DNA of 43,924 nucleotides from a virus (Duplodnaviria; Heunggongvirae; Uroviricota; Caudoviricetes): IMG/VR virus record IMGVR_UViG_2609460125_000010; one strand, 5' to 3'. Shown piece by piece: positions 1 to 9,682 of this stretch (position 1 is its first letter; each line of letters starts with the position of its first letter). The notes under the pieces were generated by a model. It saw only the letters and a program-made list of their open reading frames with translations, ran no database searches and was not told where the DNA came from. The position numbers and the translations under genes were made by a program.

Positions 1-304
1 GTACGTCTTCGGTGAACGCACTCTGGCCACACTGGAGCGTCTTCTGAGCCTGCTGTCGGCCTTTGAGGTCGTGGTATGGATGACGGATGGCTGGCCGCTG
101 TACGAATCACGCCTGAAGGGAAAGCTGCACGTTATCAGCAAGCGTTACACTCAGCGCATTGAGCGACATAATCTGAATCTGAGACAACATCTGGCAAGGC
201 TGGTACGGAAGTCACTGTCGTTCTCAAAATCGGTGGAGCTGCATGACAAGGTCATCGGGCATTATCTGAACATAAAACACTATCAGTAAGTTGGAGTCAT
301 TACC
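1..304 (+). mobile_element. IS1 insertion sequence, 3-prime portion (runs off window start); terminal inverted repeat ends at about 304
   Basis: Sequence 283-304 (cagtaagttggagtcattacc) is the reverse complement of the canonical IS1 terminal inverted repeat GGTAATGACTCCAACTTA...; the upstream ORF encodes the InsB C-terminus. Confidence 0.8.
2..289 (+). CDS. insB: IS1 transposase InsB, C-terminal fragment (partial at 5-prime end)
   Basis: Translation ...[67 protein letters not shown]...NIKHYQ matches the IS1 InsB C-terminus as I recall it; the frame is open from the window edge. Confidence 0.8.
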   Translation, partial: YVFGERTLATLERLLSLLSAFEVVVWMTDGWPLYESRLKGKLHVISKRYTQRIERHNLNLRQHLARLVRKSLSFSKSVELHDKVIGHYLNIKHYQ

Positions 305-479
305 TGAAAATGTGGTAATTTATTAAATCTGTAATAAAAGCGTAAACAACTGCCGCTACGCTTGCTGATCCCGCGCAACAAAACGCCATGCTTTGCTCGC
401 AGATGGTTGGCAACCGACGACAGTCCTGCTAAAACGTTCGTTTGATATCATTTTTCCTAAAATTGAATGGCAGAGAATC

Positions 480-1583
480 ATGAGTGACAGCCAGACGCTG
501 GTGGTAAAACTCGGCACCAGTGTGCTAACAGGCGGATCGCGCCGTCTGAACCGTGCCCATATCGTTGAACTTGTTCGCCAGTGCGCGCAGTTACATGCCG
601 CCGGGCATCGGATTGTTATTGTGACGTCGGGCGCGATCGCCGCCGGACGTGAGCACCTGGGTTACCCGGAACTGCCAGCGACTATCGCCTCGAAACAACT
701 GCTGGCGGCGGTAGGGCAGAGTCGACTGATTCAACTGTGGGAACAGCTGTTTTCGATTTATGGCATTCACGTCGGGCAAATGCTGCTGACCCGTGCTGAT
801 ATGGAAGACCGTGAACGCTTCCTGAACGCCCGCGACACCCTGCGTGCGTTGCTCGATAACAATATCGTTCCGGTAATCAATGAGAACGATGCTGTCGCTA
901 CGGCAGAGATTAAGGTCGGCGATAACGATAACCTTTCTGCGCTGGCGGCGATTCTGGCGGGTGCCGATAAACTGTTGCTGCTGACCGATCAAAAAGGTTT
1001 GTATACCGCTGATCCGCGCAGAAATCCGCAGGCAGAACTGATTAAAGATGTTTACGGCATTGATGACGCACTGCGCGCGATTGCCGGTGACAGCGTTTCA
1101 GGCCTCGGAACTGGCGGCATGAGTACTAAATTGCAGGCCGCTGACGTGGCTTGCCGTGCGGGTATCGACACCATTATTGCCGCGGGCAGCAAGCCGGGCG
1201 TTATTGGTGATGTGATGGAAGGCATTTCCGTCGGTACGCTGTTCCATGCCCAGGCGACTCCGCTTGAAAACCGTAAACGCTGGATTTTCGGTGCGCCGCC
1301 GGCGGGTGAAATCACGGTAGATGAAGGGGCAACTGCCGCCATTCTGGAACGCGGCAGCTCCCTGTTGCCGAAAGGCATTAAAAGCGTGACTGGCAATTTC
1401 TCGCGTGGTGAAGTCATCCGCATTTGCAACCTCGAAGGTCGCGATATCGCCCACGGTGTCAGTCGTTACAACAGCGATGCATTACGCCGTATTGCCGGAC
1501 ACCACTCGCAAGAAATTGATGCAATACTGGGATATGAATACGGCCCGGTTGCCGTTCACCGTGATGACATGATTACCCGTTAA
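480..1583 (+). CDS. proB: glutamate 5-kinase
   Basis: 367-aa translation starting [19 protein letters not shown]... is near-identical to E. coli ProB; the six-frame ORF starts upstream at 393, but the conserved N-terminus begins at the Met at 480. Confidence 0.95.
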   Translation: MSDSQTLVVKLGTSVLTGGSRRLNRAHIVELVRQCAQLHAAGHRIVIVTSGAIAAGREHLGYPELPATIASKQLLAAVGQSRLIQLWEQLFSIYGIHVGQMLLTRADMEDRERFLNARDTLRALLDNNIVPVINENDAVATAEIKVGDNDNLSALAAILAGADKLLLLTDQKGLYTADPRRNPQAELIKDVYGIDDALRAIAGDSVSGLGTGGMSTKLQAADVACRAGIDTIIAAGSKPGVIGDVMEGISVGTLFHAQATPLENRKRWIFGAPPAGEITVDEGATAAILERGSSLLPKGIKSVTGNFSRGEVIRICNLEGRDIAHGVSRYNSDALRRIAGHHSQEIDAILGYEYGPVAVHRDDMITR

Positions 1584-1594
1584 GGAGCTGGCCG

Positions 1595-2848
1595 ATGCTG
1601 GAACAAATGGGCATTGCCGCGAAGCAAGCCTCGTATAAATTAGCGCAACTCTCCAGCCGCGAAAAAAATCGCGTGCTGGAAAAAATCGCCGATGAACTGG
1701 AAGCACAAAGCGAAATCATCCTCAACGCTAACGCCCAGGATGTTGCTGACGCGCGAGCCAATGGCCTTAGCGAAGCGATGCTTGACCGTCTGGCACTGAC
1801 GCCCGCACGGCTGAAAGGCATTGCCGACGATGTACGTCAGGTGTGCAACCTCGCCGATCCGGTGGGGCAGGTAATCGATGGCGGCGTACTGGACAGCGGC
1901 CTGCGTCTTGAGCGTCGTCGCGTACCGCTGGGGGTTATTGGCGTGATTTATGAAGCGCGCCCGAACGTGACGGTTGATGTCGCTTCGCTGTGCCTGAAAA
2001 CCGGTAATGCGGTGATCCTGCGTGGTGGTAAAGAAACCTGTCGCACTAACGCGGCAACGGTGGCGGTGATTCAGGACGCCCTGAAATCCTGTGGCTTACC
2101 GGCGGGTGCCGTGCAGGCGATTGATAATCCTGACCGTGCGCTGGTCAGTGAAATGCTGCGTATGGATAAATACATCGACATGCTGATCCCGCGTGGTGGC
2201 GCTGGTTTGCATAAACTGTGCCGTGAACAGTCGACAATCCCGGTGATCACAGGTGGTATAGGCGTATGCCATATTTACGTTGATGAAAGTGCAGAGATCG
2301 CTGAAGCATTAAAAGTGATCGTCAACGCGAAAACTCAGCGTCCGAGCACATGTAATACGGTTGAAACGTTGCTGGTGAATAAAAACATCGCCGATAGCTT
2401 CCTGCCCGCATTAAGCAAACAAATGGCGGAAAGCGGCGTGACATTACACGCAGATGCAGCTGCGCTGACACAGTTGCAGGCAGGCCCTGCGAAGGTGGTG
2501 GCGGTTAAAGCCGAAGAGTATGACGATGAGTTTCTGTCATTAGATTTGAACGTCAAAATCGTCAGCGATCTTGACGATGCCATCGCCCATATTCGTGAAC
2601 ACGGCACACAACACTCCGATGCGATCCTGACCCGCGATATGCGCAACGCCCAGCGTTTTGTTAACGAAGTGGATTCGTCCGCTGTTTACGTTAACGCCTC
2701 TACGCGTTTTACCGACGGCGGCCAGTTTGGTCTGGGTGCGGAAGTGGCGGTAAGCACACAAAAACTCCACGCGCGTGGCCCAATGGGGCTGGAAGCACTG
2801 ACCACTTACAAGTGGATCGGCATTGGTGATTACACCATTCGTGCGTAA
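1595..2848 (+). CDS. proA: gamma-glutamyl phosphate reductase
   Basis: 417-aa translation [36 protein letters not shown]... matches E. coli ProA; sits 11 nt downstream of proB as in the proBA operon. Confidence 0.95.
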   Translation: MLEQMGIAAKQASYKLAQLSSREKNRVLEKIADELEAQSEIILNANAQDVADARANGLSEAMLDRLALTPARLKGIADDVRQVCNLADPVGQVIDGGVLDSGLRLERRRVPLGVIGVIYEARPNVTVDVASLCLKTGNAVILRGGKETCRTNAATVAVIQDALKSCGLPAGAVQAIDNPDRALVSEMLRMDKYIDMLIPRGGAGLHKLCREQSTIPVITGGIGVCHIYVDESAEIAEALKVIVNAKTQRPSTCNTVETLLVNKNIADSFLPALSKQMAESGVTLHADAAALTQLQAGPAKVVAVKAEEYDDEFLSLDLNVKIVSDLDDAIAHIREHGTQHSDAILTRDMRNAQRFVNEVDSSAVYVNASTRFTDGGQFGLGAEVAVSTQKLHARGPMGLEALTTYKWIGIGDYTIRA

Positions 2849-2962
2849 ATAAAACCGGGTGATGCAAAAGTAGCCATTTGATTCACAAGGCCATTGACGC
2901 ATCGCCCGGTTAGTTTTAACCTTGTCCACCGTGATTCACGTTCGTGAACATGTCCTTTCAGG

Positions 2963-3038
2963 GCCGATATAGCTCAGTTGGTAGAGCAGCGCATTCGTAA
3001 TGCGAAGGTCGTAGGTTCGACTCCTATTATCGGCACCA
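2963..3038 (+). tRNA. thrW: tRNA-Thr (anticodon CGU)
   Basis: 76-nt sequence GCCGATATAGCTCAGTTGGTAGAGCAGCGCATTCGTAATGCG...GGCACCA with T-loop GGTTCGACTCC, CCA end and anticodon-loop TTCGTAA; position immediately downstream of proA as for thrW. Confidence 0.9.
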
Positions 3039-3056
3039 TTTAAATCAATAAGTTAC
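2993..3056. repeat. attL core: 64-bp direct repeat (3-prime part of thrW plus 18 bp), identical to 43179-43242
   Basis: Exact 64/64 identity to 43179-43242 by manual alignment; the flanking bases differ on both sides. Confidence 0.8.
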
Positions 3057-4216
3057 ACATCATTAGTACCTTCCTTATTTTTTGACTGGGACAAATTTGG
3101 GACCGATGGGTTCAGGATCGAGTCTATTTGCCGTGCATGTTCGGTAAGGTGATTAGGTGCGAGGTGAGCATATCGACGAACCATTTCGATAGACTCCCAG
3201 CCTCCCATTTCCTGTAACACTGACAACGGGACTCCGGCTTGAACCAGCCAACTTGCCCAGGTGTGTCTCAAGTCGTGAAATCTGAAATCATCAATACCTG
3301 CTCGTCTCAGCGCCGCTTTCCAGGCTGTGTTTGCGTCATACCGCATCTTCCTGACCGTTGGCGCTTTCGTTCCGTCTGGTTTGGTACAGCTTTCCTTGTA
3401 AACAAATACCCAACGGTGATGATTCCCGATTTGTTTTTTCAATACGCGACATGCAGTATCATTCAGCGCAACGCCAATTGCGCGGTTTGATTTACTCTCT
3501 TCCGGGTTTATCCATGCCACCCGGCGCTGCATATCTATTTGTTGCCATTCAAGGTTGATGATGTTCGAGCGTCTTAAGCCTGTTGCCAGTGCAAATTCAA
3601 CAACAGACTTTAATGGCTCCGGACATTCATCAATCAGCCTTTGTGCTTCATGGGGCTCCAGCCAGCGGATCCGTTTATTCTTTGGTTGAGGCACTTTAAT
3701 AATTGGTGCCTTATCCAGCATTTTCCATTCACGCTCTGCGGCTCTTAGTAGGGCCTTTATAAATGAAAGATGCGTAGCCTTCGTTGCAACGGACGCTGGT
3801 TTTGGCGTGTATTCTGGAACAGGTTTCCCTTTTTTTCTGCATGCTTCTGCCCTGAGTTTCCAGTTTTCCTCATGACGCCGGTTCGTCATTTTCTGCATTG
3901 CTGAATAAATTTTTGATTCAGTGATGTCTCTTAGTTGCATCCCTGCGAAATGTTGAAGCCAGAATCCGATCCGGCTTTTGTCATCGTCCAGTGATTTCTT
4001 ATGTGCTTTCTCTTCGAGCCACCTGACACACGCTTCCTCAAACGTCATATCAGGTATTTCACCAAGTTTGCTGACCCGCCATGCTTCAGCCTTTAGCTTG
4101 TCATGGAGCTCTGTCGCCTGCCTTTTGTCCTTTGTTCCAAGAGACTGTTTAAATCTTTTACCGTTCGGCAATGTGAAACTGGCGTACCATATTTCACTTC
4201 TGCGGAAGAGTGACAT
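3053..4216 (-). CDS. int: prophage tyrosine integrase (P4/CP4-type)
   Basis: 387 aa; C-terminal catalytic motifs ...[21 protein letters not shown]...MVRRYAHL (R..HxxR..Y); stop codon lies inside the att repeat adjacent to the tRNA. Confidence 0.9.
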   Translation of the reverse strand: MSLFRRSEIWYASFTLPNGKRFKQSLGTKDKRQATELHDKLKAEAWRVSKLGEIPDMTFEEACVRWLEEKAHKKSLDDDKSRIGFWLQHFAGMQLRDITESKIYSAMQKMTNRRHEENWKLRAEACRKKGKPVPEYTPKPASVATKATHLSFIKALLRAAEREWKMLDKAPIIKVPQPKNKRIRWLEPHEAQRLIDECPEPLKSVVEFALATGLRRSNIINLEWQQIDMQRRVAWINPEESKSNRAIGVALNDTACRVLKKQIGNHHRWVFVYKESCTKPDGTKAPTVRKMRYDANTAWKAALRRAGIDDFRFHDLRHTWASWLVQAGVPLSVLQEMGGWESIEMVRRYAHLAPNHLTEHARQIDSILNPSVPNLSQSKNKEGTNDV

Positions 4217-4443
4217 TTTCTTTCCTCTGTTATGCCATCACCCGCGCTCACCTGGACAGTATGCAGCGGAGACTGAAGAGCCGCAATGCAGGCTTGTCGT
4301 GTTGTGAGGTAAGGAGATTTATTCTTAGTGGGATCTTTGCGTGTTGCCTGAAGACGCCCTGTGCGTATCCAGTTAATGGCAGTCGGTCTGGATATCTTGA
4401 GAAAATGACAGGCCTCATCGAGTGTGAGGCTGTATGGCTCCAT
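4093..4443 (-). CDS. xis: excisionase / AlpA-like HTH protein (start chosen at internal Met; 3-prime end overlaps int)
   Basis: [37 protein letters not shown] resembles the AlpA/excisionase helix-turn-helix; location immediately upstream of int. True extent uncertain. Confidence 0.5.
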   Translation of the reverse strand: MEPYSLTLDEACHFLKISRPTAINWIRTGRLQATRKDPTKNKSPYLTTRQACIAALQSPLHTVQVSAGDGITEERKCHSSAEVKYGTPVSHCRTVKDLNSLLEQRTKGRRQSSMTS

Positions 4444-4748
4444 TATTTCACCTCTTGTTGTGACATTGTTGAAAAATGGATACCAGCTCGTTGCTGCCAG
4501 ACGATCCAACCGAGAGTCATATCCCATGCCATGTATTCGTTATCGCCGTTTTTTGCTCTCCGACGATCTACTAAGTCACCGAAACGCTTTTCCATGAATA
4601 ATTCATAAGCTTCGCGTTCATCTGGTTCTACTTCCAGAGATAGGAGTGCGATTTCATAAGCACGGCGCTCAATATCGTCTCGCACGTCAAGGCTGCTGAT
4701 ACGCTCTTTAATTTCTTTAATCAGTTCTTTGTCGGTAAAAGTGGTCAT
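4443..4748 (-). CDS. hypothetical early-left protein
   Basis: 101-aa ORF, start/stop-overlapped with neighbours in a co-directional gene string; no family recognised. Confidence 0.4.
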   Translation of the reverse strand: MTTFTDKELIKEIKERISSLDVRDDIERRAYEIALLSLEVEPDEREAYELFMEKRFGDLVDRRRAKNGDNEYMAWDMTLGWIVWQQRAGIHFSTMSQQEVK

Positions 4749-5110
4749 TATGCTCCAGCCTCCGGTGCTTTTGGCATTACTGCCCAGTGAGTGATATTGA
4801 CGTTTTCAAGGTCCCCGACCTGAAATGTCCACTGCCATTCTCCGGTTTCTTTTTGTCCCCAGGTGTACCAGAGAGAACGCCAGTCAATTAGCCAGCCTTC
4901 TCCGTTAGCATCGAATAACAAAACACTTTCATTTGCTGGTGGCAGTTCAGTTGACACTGGTATTACTTTGTTTTCCTGTGCTGCACATTTAGCTTCAAGC
5001 GCATCGAATTTACGCACCAGGTATTCAGCATCTGTTTCATTCACTTTCAGATCTCGCGGTACACATCTCCCACGAAGAAACCCTTCCATTTCGAAAACAT
5101 TCATGCGCAT
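4748..5110 (-). CDS. hypothetical early-left protein (Trp-rich)
   Basis: 120-aa ORF, overlapping-stop arrangement with neighbours; no confident family assignment. Confidence 0.4.
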   Translation of the reverse strand: MRMNVFEMEGFLRGRCVPRDLKVNETDAEYLVRKFDALEAKCAAQENKVIPVSTELPPANESVLLFDANGEGWLIDWRSLWYTWGQKETGEWQWTFQVGDLENVNITHWAVMPKAPEAGA

Positions 5111-5637
5111 TTGCGTAACTCCGATAACTCGTTAAAACGTTCCATAAACATCCCGTAGGCATGGCCCGGTACCTGTGGAATCACTTTGAACATCTCTGTT
5201 GCCGGGATACCTTCCAGTACAGGCCAGAAAGAGCCATCATCAAGCCCAAGATCGCGGCGTTCGGTTGCCAGCATAATGAGATCGGCATATTTCACTGGCG
5301 TGCTCATAACAGGAGGTAACCCGTATTTCTCACGGATTACGGCGTCTATTTTTTCTTCCATCCGTTTATAGTCAGGAAGAAGTCGTTTCAGTGGTGCGGG
5401 GATGTCCTGGCAATATGCTTCTGTTGCATCATGCATTAAAGCTTCAAAAGCAAATTCCTGCGGCACCAGCTGGCTGCAAAGCACCGCATATTGGGCGACA
5501 CTGTAGAAGTGTGAAAGATGTCCTGCAAAGCGACAGATATTTGAAAGGGAAACCGCGATATCGTTAATAACGATGTCGTCTTTATTTATCCTGTCATAAT
5601 AAAAATGCTTCCCGGAAAAAGTTTTAATAAATGACAT
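5101..5637 (-). CDS. HD-domain phosphohydrolase-like protein
   Basis: Contains an H...HD motif (FAGHLSHFYS...ALMHDATEAY) typical of HD hydrolases; start set at MSFIKTF..., which has a GGAG ribosome-binding site about 7 nt upstream (six-frame ORF extends to 5664). Confidence 0.5.
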   Translation of the reverse strand: MSFIKTFSGKHFYYDRINKDDIVINDIAVSLSNICRFAGHLSHFYSVAQYAVLCSQLVPQEFAFEALMHDATEAYCQDIPAPLKRLLPDYKRMEEKIDAVIREKYGLPPVMSTPVKYADLIMLATERRDLGLDDGSFWPVLEGIPATEMFKVIPQVPGHAYGMFMERFNELSELRKCA

Positions 5638-6090
5638 TTTGTTCTCCACGTATATGCGCTGCACCGCGCTGAATTCGGGTAAAAGGAAGCCCTCACCGTC
5701 CGGCGATTATTGAGTCAATTACATTTCCATAAATGCCCCCGTAGGGGCGGTTAGTTTCTCCACAAAACAGAGAAGAACACCTGCGGTGGCAGCCGCTCGG
5801 ATGGATTGGGTTATGAGCCCGTCGTCCGGTGATGCTCTTCTCTGTTTTGTAAAAAGGACGGTACCAGCCGGAAGCAATGGTACAAACTGGTACCGCCAGG
5901 ACTACACACAGCATAAAGTTGTGGTGCCGGGTGCCTCCCGGTGCCTGGCGAAGGTTGCACACCAGACGGGTGGGTATCCACAGAAGGTCGACTGTCAGCC
6001 TCAACCTTAACCCGCGTGCGCTGAGCCGCATTCACCACTTCAGGCTCGGTGGTATCTTGGTGTTTTCATATAGCCAAGAAGGAAATAGTT

Positions 6091-6282
6091 ATGACCAAAG
6101 AAGAAAAAATTCTTTATTTATTCCAACTATCGGTTAAGACTCACACTGCATATCAGACTGCTGCCATGACATCAGATAAAAATTACAGTACGTCAGAAAA
6201 CCCGATAGACGACATAAGCAAGCTTTACGATAAGTTCGAAGCACTACTCGATAAAAAGTTTGCTGAGGCTGGGCTTGAGTGA
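6091..6282 (+). CDS. small hypothetical protein (63 aa)
   Basis: ATG preceded by AAGGAA ribosome-binding site (agccaagaaggaaatagttATG); AT-rich; no family recognised. Confidence 0.35.
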   Translation: MTKEEKILYLFQLSVKTHTAYQTAAMTSDKNYSTSENPIDDISKLYDKFEALLDKKFAEAGLE

Positions 6283-6420
6283 TTGTTGAATAATCGACAA
6301 AACCCAACTTAAATTTTCGTCAGTGGGCTCGATGCCATGTGCGGTGAGCTCACTTTTCAAAACTCCAAGTAATTCAGAGCTGATTTTCAATATATCTGCT
6401 TGATTTCTAACTATTCCCAC
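6244..6420 (-). CDS. small hypothetical protein (about 58 aa, GTG start)
   Basis: Strong SD AGGGAGG 5 nt upstream of a GTG on the minus strand; 3-prime end overlaps the convergent 6091-6282 ORF. Confidence 0.3.
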   Translation of the reverse strand: MGIVRNQADILKISSELLGVLKSELTAHGIEPTDENLSWVLSIIQQSLKPSLSKLFIE

Positions 6421-6705
6421 TTTTTCCTCCCTTGGTCTACGCGCGGTCATGTTTTACGCCCAAACGACTTCACAGTTATTGTTTAAAATCTGGACTTTCA
6501 TTTCATACACCTGCTTTAACATGAGTGCCTGGTGGCACAACATGACTCAACGAATCATCCTGGACTTCATATGCCCCAGGCGGCTACTTCGTGGGCGTCC
6601 TGCCTGTTCGTTTTTGACATTTACTGACTGCTTACGACACATGCACCGTGTTGCAACCAGATTTTGTTGTAATCCTGTAGTTGGTCTGGAACAAAAGATA
6701 AAATT

Positions 6706-6742
6706 AAATTGCGAGATATGCAAGTGATATTTGCGATATATG
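6706..6742. promoter_or_regulatory. candidate OL operators (two TTGCG-N6-GCAA sites 21 bp apart)
   Basis: ttgcgagatatgcaa and ttgcgatatatgcaa lie downstream of cI; the same motif recurs in the cI-cro intergenic region. Confidence 0.45.
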
Positions 6743-6799
6743 CAAATTTATAGGTAATAAAAAGCCACCTTTCGGTGGCCGATGGATGGGATATTGAGG

Positions 6800-7492
6800 T
6801 TAATTATGTCTCTTAAGGGTTTGCGACTGACTGATTAAGACCTTTCCAAAGACCATGAATCGGTGTTCGTTTTCGCTAGTAATTCCCCATTCACGGTAAA
6901 TCTGGTTATCAGAAATCACCAGCAGTTTGTCAGGAATCATTTGAAGTCTTTTAACATATATTTTGTCATCAAAACCAAAGACATATATACCATCACCATC
7001 AAACTGATTGATGCTGACATCAACGAAGATGAGATCTCCTGGCTCAATGGTTGGACACATACTGTCCCCACGAACGTTGATAACTTTGATGTGATTGGCT
7101 GGTCGTCCGCCGAACATTGATACAGCATTATCAGTTCTGTATTCGATGGCATGAATCACATCAATGACATCACCGCCCTGGATAAGGCCATTTCCCGCAC
7201 TTGCACTGATATCCAGCATTTCAATACGGAACACATCCTTCACCTGCGCAACATCCTCATTATTACTGTTTTTATATACAGTATTACTTTTGTGGGCAGA
7301 GGTAAAGAGATCAGCAATATCAACACCTAAGCTCTTGGCAATATTACTCAGTGTTTGTTCGGTAAATTGTTTTTGCTTACCCGTTTCTAAGCGCGAGATG
7401 TTCGCCGCATCTACTCCTATTGCTTCAGCGAGATCGGCGATTTTCATGTTCTTCGCTTGGCGAAGTTGTCTGACTCGGTTTCCTATGTTCAT
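6800..7492 (-). CDS. cI: CI-type phage repressor (HTH_XRE + S24 LexA-like peptidase domain)
   Basis: N-terminal HTH (IADLAEAIGVDAANISRLETGK), Ala-Gly autocleavage site (SASAGNG), S24 serine (GDSMCPTI) and lysine (KRLQ) motifs; divergent from the cro-like gene. Confidence 0.9.
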   Translation of the reverse strand: MNIGNRVRQLRQAKNMKIADLAEAIGVDAANISRLETGKQKQFTEQTLSNIAKSLGVDIADLFTSAHKSNTVYKNSNNEDVAQVKDVFRIEMLDISASAGNGLIQGGDVIDVIHAIEYRTDNAVSMFGGRPANHIKVINVRGDSMCPTIEPGDLIFVDVSINQFDGDGIYVFGFDDKIYVKRLQMIPDKLLVISDNQIYREWGITSENEHRFMVFGKVLISQSQTLKRHN

Positions 7493-7510
7493 GCGTTTAT
7501 TACATTTCTT

Positions 7511-7577
7511 TATTGCGTGATAAGCAAATCAACTTGCGCAAAATAATTGCGTGAAATAACATGCATAACGCGCAATA
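7511..7577. promoter_or_regulatory. candidate OR/PR-PRM operator region
   Basis: Divergent cI/cro intergenic region with repeated TTGCG half-site motifs (ttgcgtgataagcaa; ttgcgcaa; attgcgtga; cgcgcaat). Confidence 0.5.
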
Positions 7578-7589
7578 TTTGGAGGGCAT

Positions 7590-7850
7590 ATGCAATCACC
7601 ATTACGAAATGTGCGTAAGGCGCATGGTTTCACTTTGCAGCATGTTGCTGCGGGTGTTCAAGTCAATCCAGCGACGTTGAGTCGTATTGAGAGACTGGAG
7701 CAGATTCCATCTATCGAGCTTGCAGAACGATTAGCCAATTTTTTTAAGGGTGAAGTCAGCGAAATGCAGATTCTTTATCCGGCACGTTTTCAATCTAGCC
7801 AAAACCAGAATGGGTTTAAACCACAGGAACAGGAGGTGAACCGTGGGTAA
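7590..7850 (+). CDS. cro: Cro-like HTH regulator
   Basis: 86 aa with HTH (GFTLQHVAAGVQVNPATLSRIER), divergently transcribed from cI; SD GGAGGG upstream. Confidence 0.6.
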   Translation: MQSPLRNVRKAHGFTLQHVAAGVQVNPATLSRIERLEQIPSIELAERLANFFKGEVSEMQILYPARFQSSQNQNGFKPQEQEVNRG

Positions 7851-8394
7851 GCATCACTGGAAAGTAGAAAAACAGCCTGAGTGGTACGTGAAAGCTGTCA
7901 GAAAAACTATCGCAGCGTTGCCGGGGGGGTACGCTGAAGCTGCTGACTGGCTGGATGTAACAGAGAACGCATTATTTAACCGCCTTCGTGCCGATGGCGA
8001 TCAGATTTTCCCGCTGGGATGGGCAATGGTTTTACAGCGTGCTGGTGGCACTCACTTCATTGCTGATGCTGTGGCGCAGTCTGCAAATGGCGTCTTTGTG
8101 TCTCTTCCTGACGTCGAGGATGTGGACAACGCCGATATTAACCAGCGTCTGCTGGAAGTCATTGAACAGATCGGCAGTTATTCAAAACAGATTCGTTCAG
8201 CAATTGAAGACGGTGTAGTGGAACCGCATGAGAAGACAGCAATTAACGACGAGCTGTATCTCTCAATTTCGAAGCTGCAGGAGCATGCAGCACTGGTCTA
8301 CAAAATCTTTTGCATTTCAGAAAGTAATGACGCCCGCGAGTGTGCAGCTCCGGGCGCCGTGGCGTGTCGTGACTGTGGAGAAACTAACGCATGA
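7843..8394 (+). CDS. CII-like phage regulatory protein (tentative)
   Basis: 183-aa ORF immediately after cro with a C-terminal Cys cluster; recalled resemblance to CII(CP76)-type regulators is not verified. Confidence 0.4.
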   Translation: MGKHHWKVEKQPEWYVKAVRKTIAALPGGYAEAADWLDVTENALFNRLRADGDQIFPLGWAMVLQRAGGTHFIADAVAQSANGVFVSLPDVEDVDNADINQRLLEVIEQIGSYSKQIRSAIEDGVVEPHEKTAINDELYLSISKLQEHAALVYKIFCISESNDARECAAPGAVACRDCGETNA

Positions 8395-8729
8395 ACAGTT
8401 TAACAACACACTACCGTCGCTCGCAACTGATTGCGCTTCCTGTACCGGGTGGAAAAGCGAAGGTGGAGTATTGCTATGCAGTGAATGTACCAGGTGACAG
8501 GGAAATTGTAACCCACAGCTTTGCAGAGTGGGCTGTGGGTGATTTCAACCGGCAGAAGGAGACAGTCCTTTGCGACAAGTTAACCGCTGGTTCAAAGATC
8601 ACTACGGAGTGCCCGTCAGAGTCATTCGTTGGGAGCCGGAAACACAACGAGTTATCTACCTCCGTGAAGGCTATGAGCATGAGTGCTTCAGCCCGCTCGA
8701 ACAGTTTCGTCGTAAATTCAGGGAAATAG
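8391..8729 (+). CDS. hypothetical protein (frame/extent uncertain)
   Basis: ATGA start-stop overlap with the upstream gene; C-terminal half looks low-complexity, while an alternative frame from about 8561 to 8750 gives a more protein-like translation. Confidence 0.3.
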   Translation: MNSLTTHYRRSQLIALPVPGGKAKVEYCYAVNVPGDREIVTHSFAEWAVGDFNRQKETVLCDKLTAGSKITTECPSESFVGSRKHNELSTSVKAMSMSASARSNSFVVNSGK

Positions 8730-8738
8730 AGGTCGGTC

Positions 8739-9680
8739 ATGAGCACTAAATTAACCGGCTATGTATGGGATGGTTGCGCAGCGTCAGGCATGAAATTATC
8801 CAGCGTGGCAATTATGGCCCGCCTGGCTGATTTCAGTAATGACGAAGGTGTGTGCTGGCCATCAATTGAAACCATTGCCCGTCAGATTGGCGCGGGGATG
8901 AGTACCGTCAGGACGGCTATCGCACGGCTGGAAGTAGAAGGCTGGTTAACGCGTAAGGCGCGTCGCCAGGGTAACCGCAATGCGTCGAATGTTTATCAGC
9001 TTAACGTTGCGAAGCTTCAGGCAGCGGCATTTTCTCAATTGTCAGATTCTGACCCGTCAAAATCTGACGCATCAAAATCTGACCCGTCAAAATTTGATGC
9101 GTCGAAATCAGGCAAAAAAGCGGGTTTTCACCCGTCAGAATCTGGCGGGGATCCGTCAGTAAAATCAAAACATGATCCGTCAGATAAAAAACCTTCTCGT
9201 CCGGACGCTTCGCAACCGGACACGCAGACGGATGAACAGGATTTTTTAACTCGCCATCCTGATGCGGTTGTATTCAGCCCTAAAAAGCGCCAGTGGGGGA
9301 CGCAGGATGATTTGACCTGCGCACAGTGGCTCTGGAAAAAAATCATCGCCCTGTACGAGCAGGCTGCCGAATGTGACGGCGAGGTGGTTCGTCCCAAAGA
9401 ACCGAACTGGACAGCCTGGGCAAACGAAATTCGCCTGATGTGTGTGCAGGATGGTCGTACTCACAAACAAATCTGCGAGATGTACAGCCGCGTCAGCCGC
9501 GATCCGTTCTGGTGCCGTAACGTGCTCAGCCCGTCGAAGCTGCGGGAAAAATGGGATGAGCTTTCCCTGCGCTTATCGCCGTCCGTCAGCACGTACACAG
9601 AAAAACGCGAAGACCCGTACTTCAAAGCCAGTTACGACAATGTGGACTACAGCCAGATCCCGGCAGGATTCAGGGGGTGA
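8739..9680 (+). CDS. replication initiator-like protein (N-terminal winged-helix/HTH) with internal iteron repeats
   Basis: N-terminus VAIMARLADFSNDEGVCWPSIETIARQIGAGMSTVRTAIARLEVEGWL resembles phage replication initiator HTH domains; the central region is encoded by tandem/inverted DNA repeats. Confidence 0.6.
   Translation: MSTKLTGYVWDGCAASGMKLSSVAIMARLADFSNDEGVCWPSIETIARQIGAGMSTVRTAIARLEVEGWLTRKARRQGNRNASNVYQLNVAKLQAAAFSQLSDSDPSKSDASKSDPSKFDASKSGKKAGFHPSESGGDPSVKSKHDPSDKKPSRPDASQPDTQTDEQDFLTRHPDAVVFSPKKRQWGTQDDLTCAQWLWKKIIALYEQAAECDGEVVRPKEPNWTAWANEIRLMCVQDGRTHKQICEMYSRVSRDPFWCRNVLSPSKLREKWDELSLRLSPSVSTYTEKREDPYFKASYDNVDYSQIPAGFRG
9040..9110. repeat. iteron-like repeats (candidate phage replication origin inside the replication gene)
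   Basis: gacccgtcaaaatctgacgcatcaaaatctgacccgtcaaaatttgatgcgtcgaaatc: repeated units with dyad symmetry, encoding DPSKSDASKSDPSKFDASKS. Confidence 0.45.
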
Positions 9681-9682
9681 GC

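Noticed and set aside
591..1454. Antisense ORFs inside proB (591-992, 1052-1429, 1098-1454, minus strand)
   Set aside because: They lie entirely within the well-supported proB coding sequence on the opposite strand; typical antisense artefacts of GC-rich coding DNA.
2335..2929. Minus-strand ORFs overlapping proA (2335-2646, 2540-2929)
   Set aside because: Overlap the near-certain proA gene; no independent support.
5690..6050. Retron ncRNA (msr/msd) explanation for the structured region
   Set aside because: No reverse transcriptase gene is present anywhere nearby; the flanking genes are ordinary early genes.
5693..6137. ORFs 5693-6031(-), 5786-6010(+), 5811-6038(-), 5877-6137(+) as protein-coding genes
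   Set aside because: Mutually overlapping in a region dominated by inverted repeats, with no ribosome-binding sites and no protein-like composition; treated as a structured non-coding region instead.
6449..6727. 92-aa ORF between the small genes and cI
   Set aside because: Cys/Trp-rich unlikely translation with no RBS; the region more plausibly holds the OL/PL regulatory sequences.
9040..9110. Short tandem repeats as a possible CRISPR array
   Set aside because: Only about three irregular units, inside an open reading frame, with no cas genes; better explained as origin iterons or a repetitive linker.
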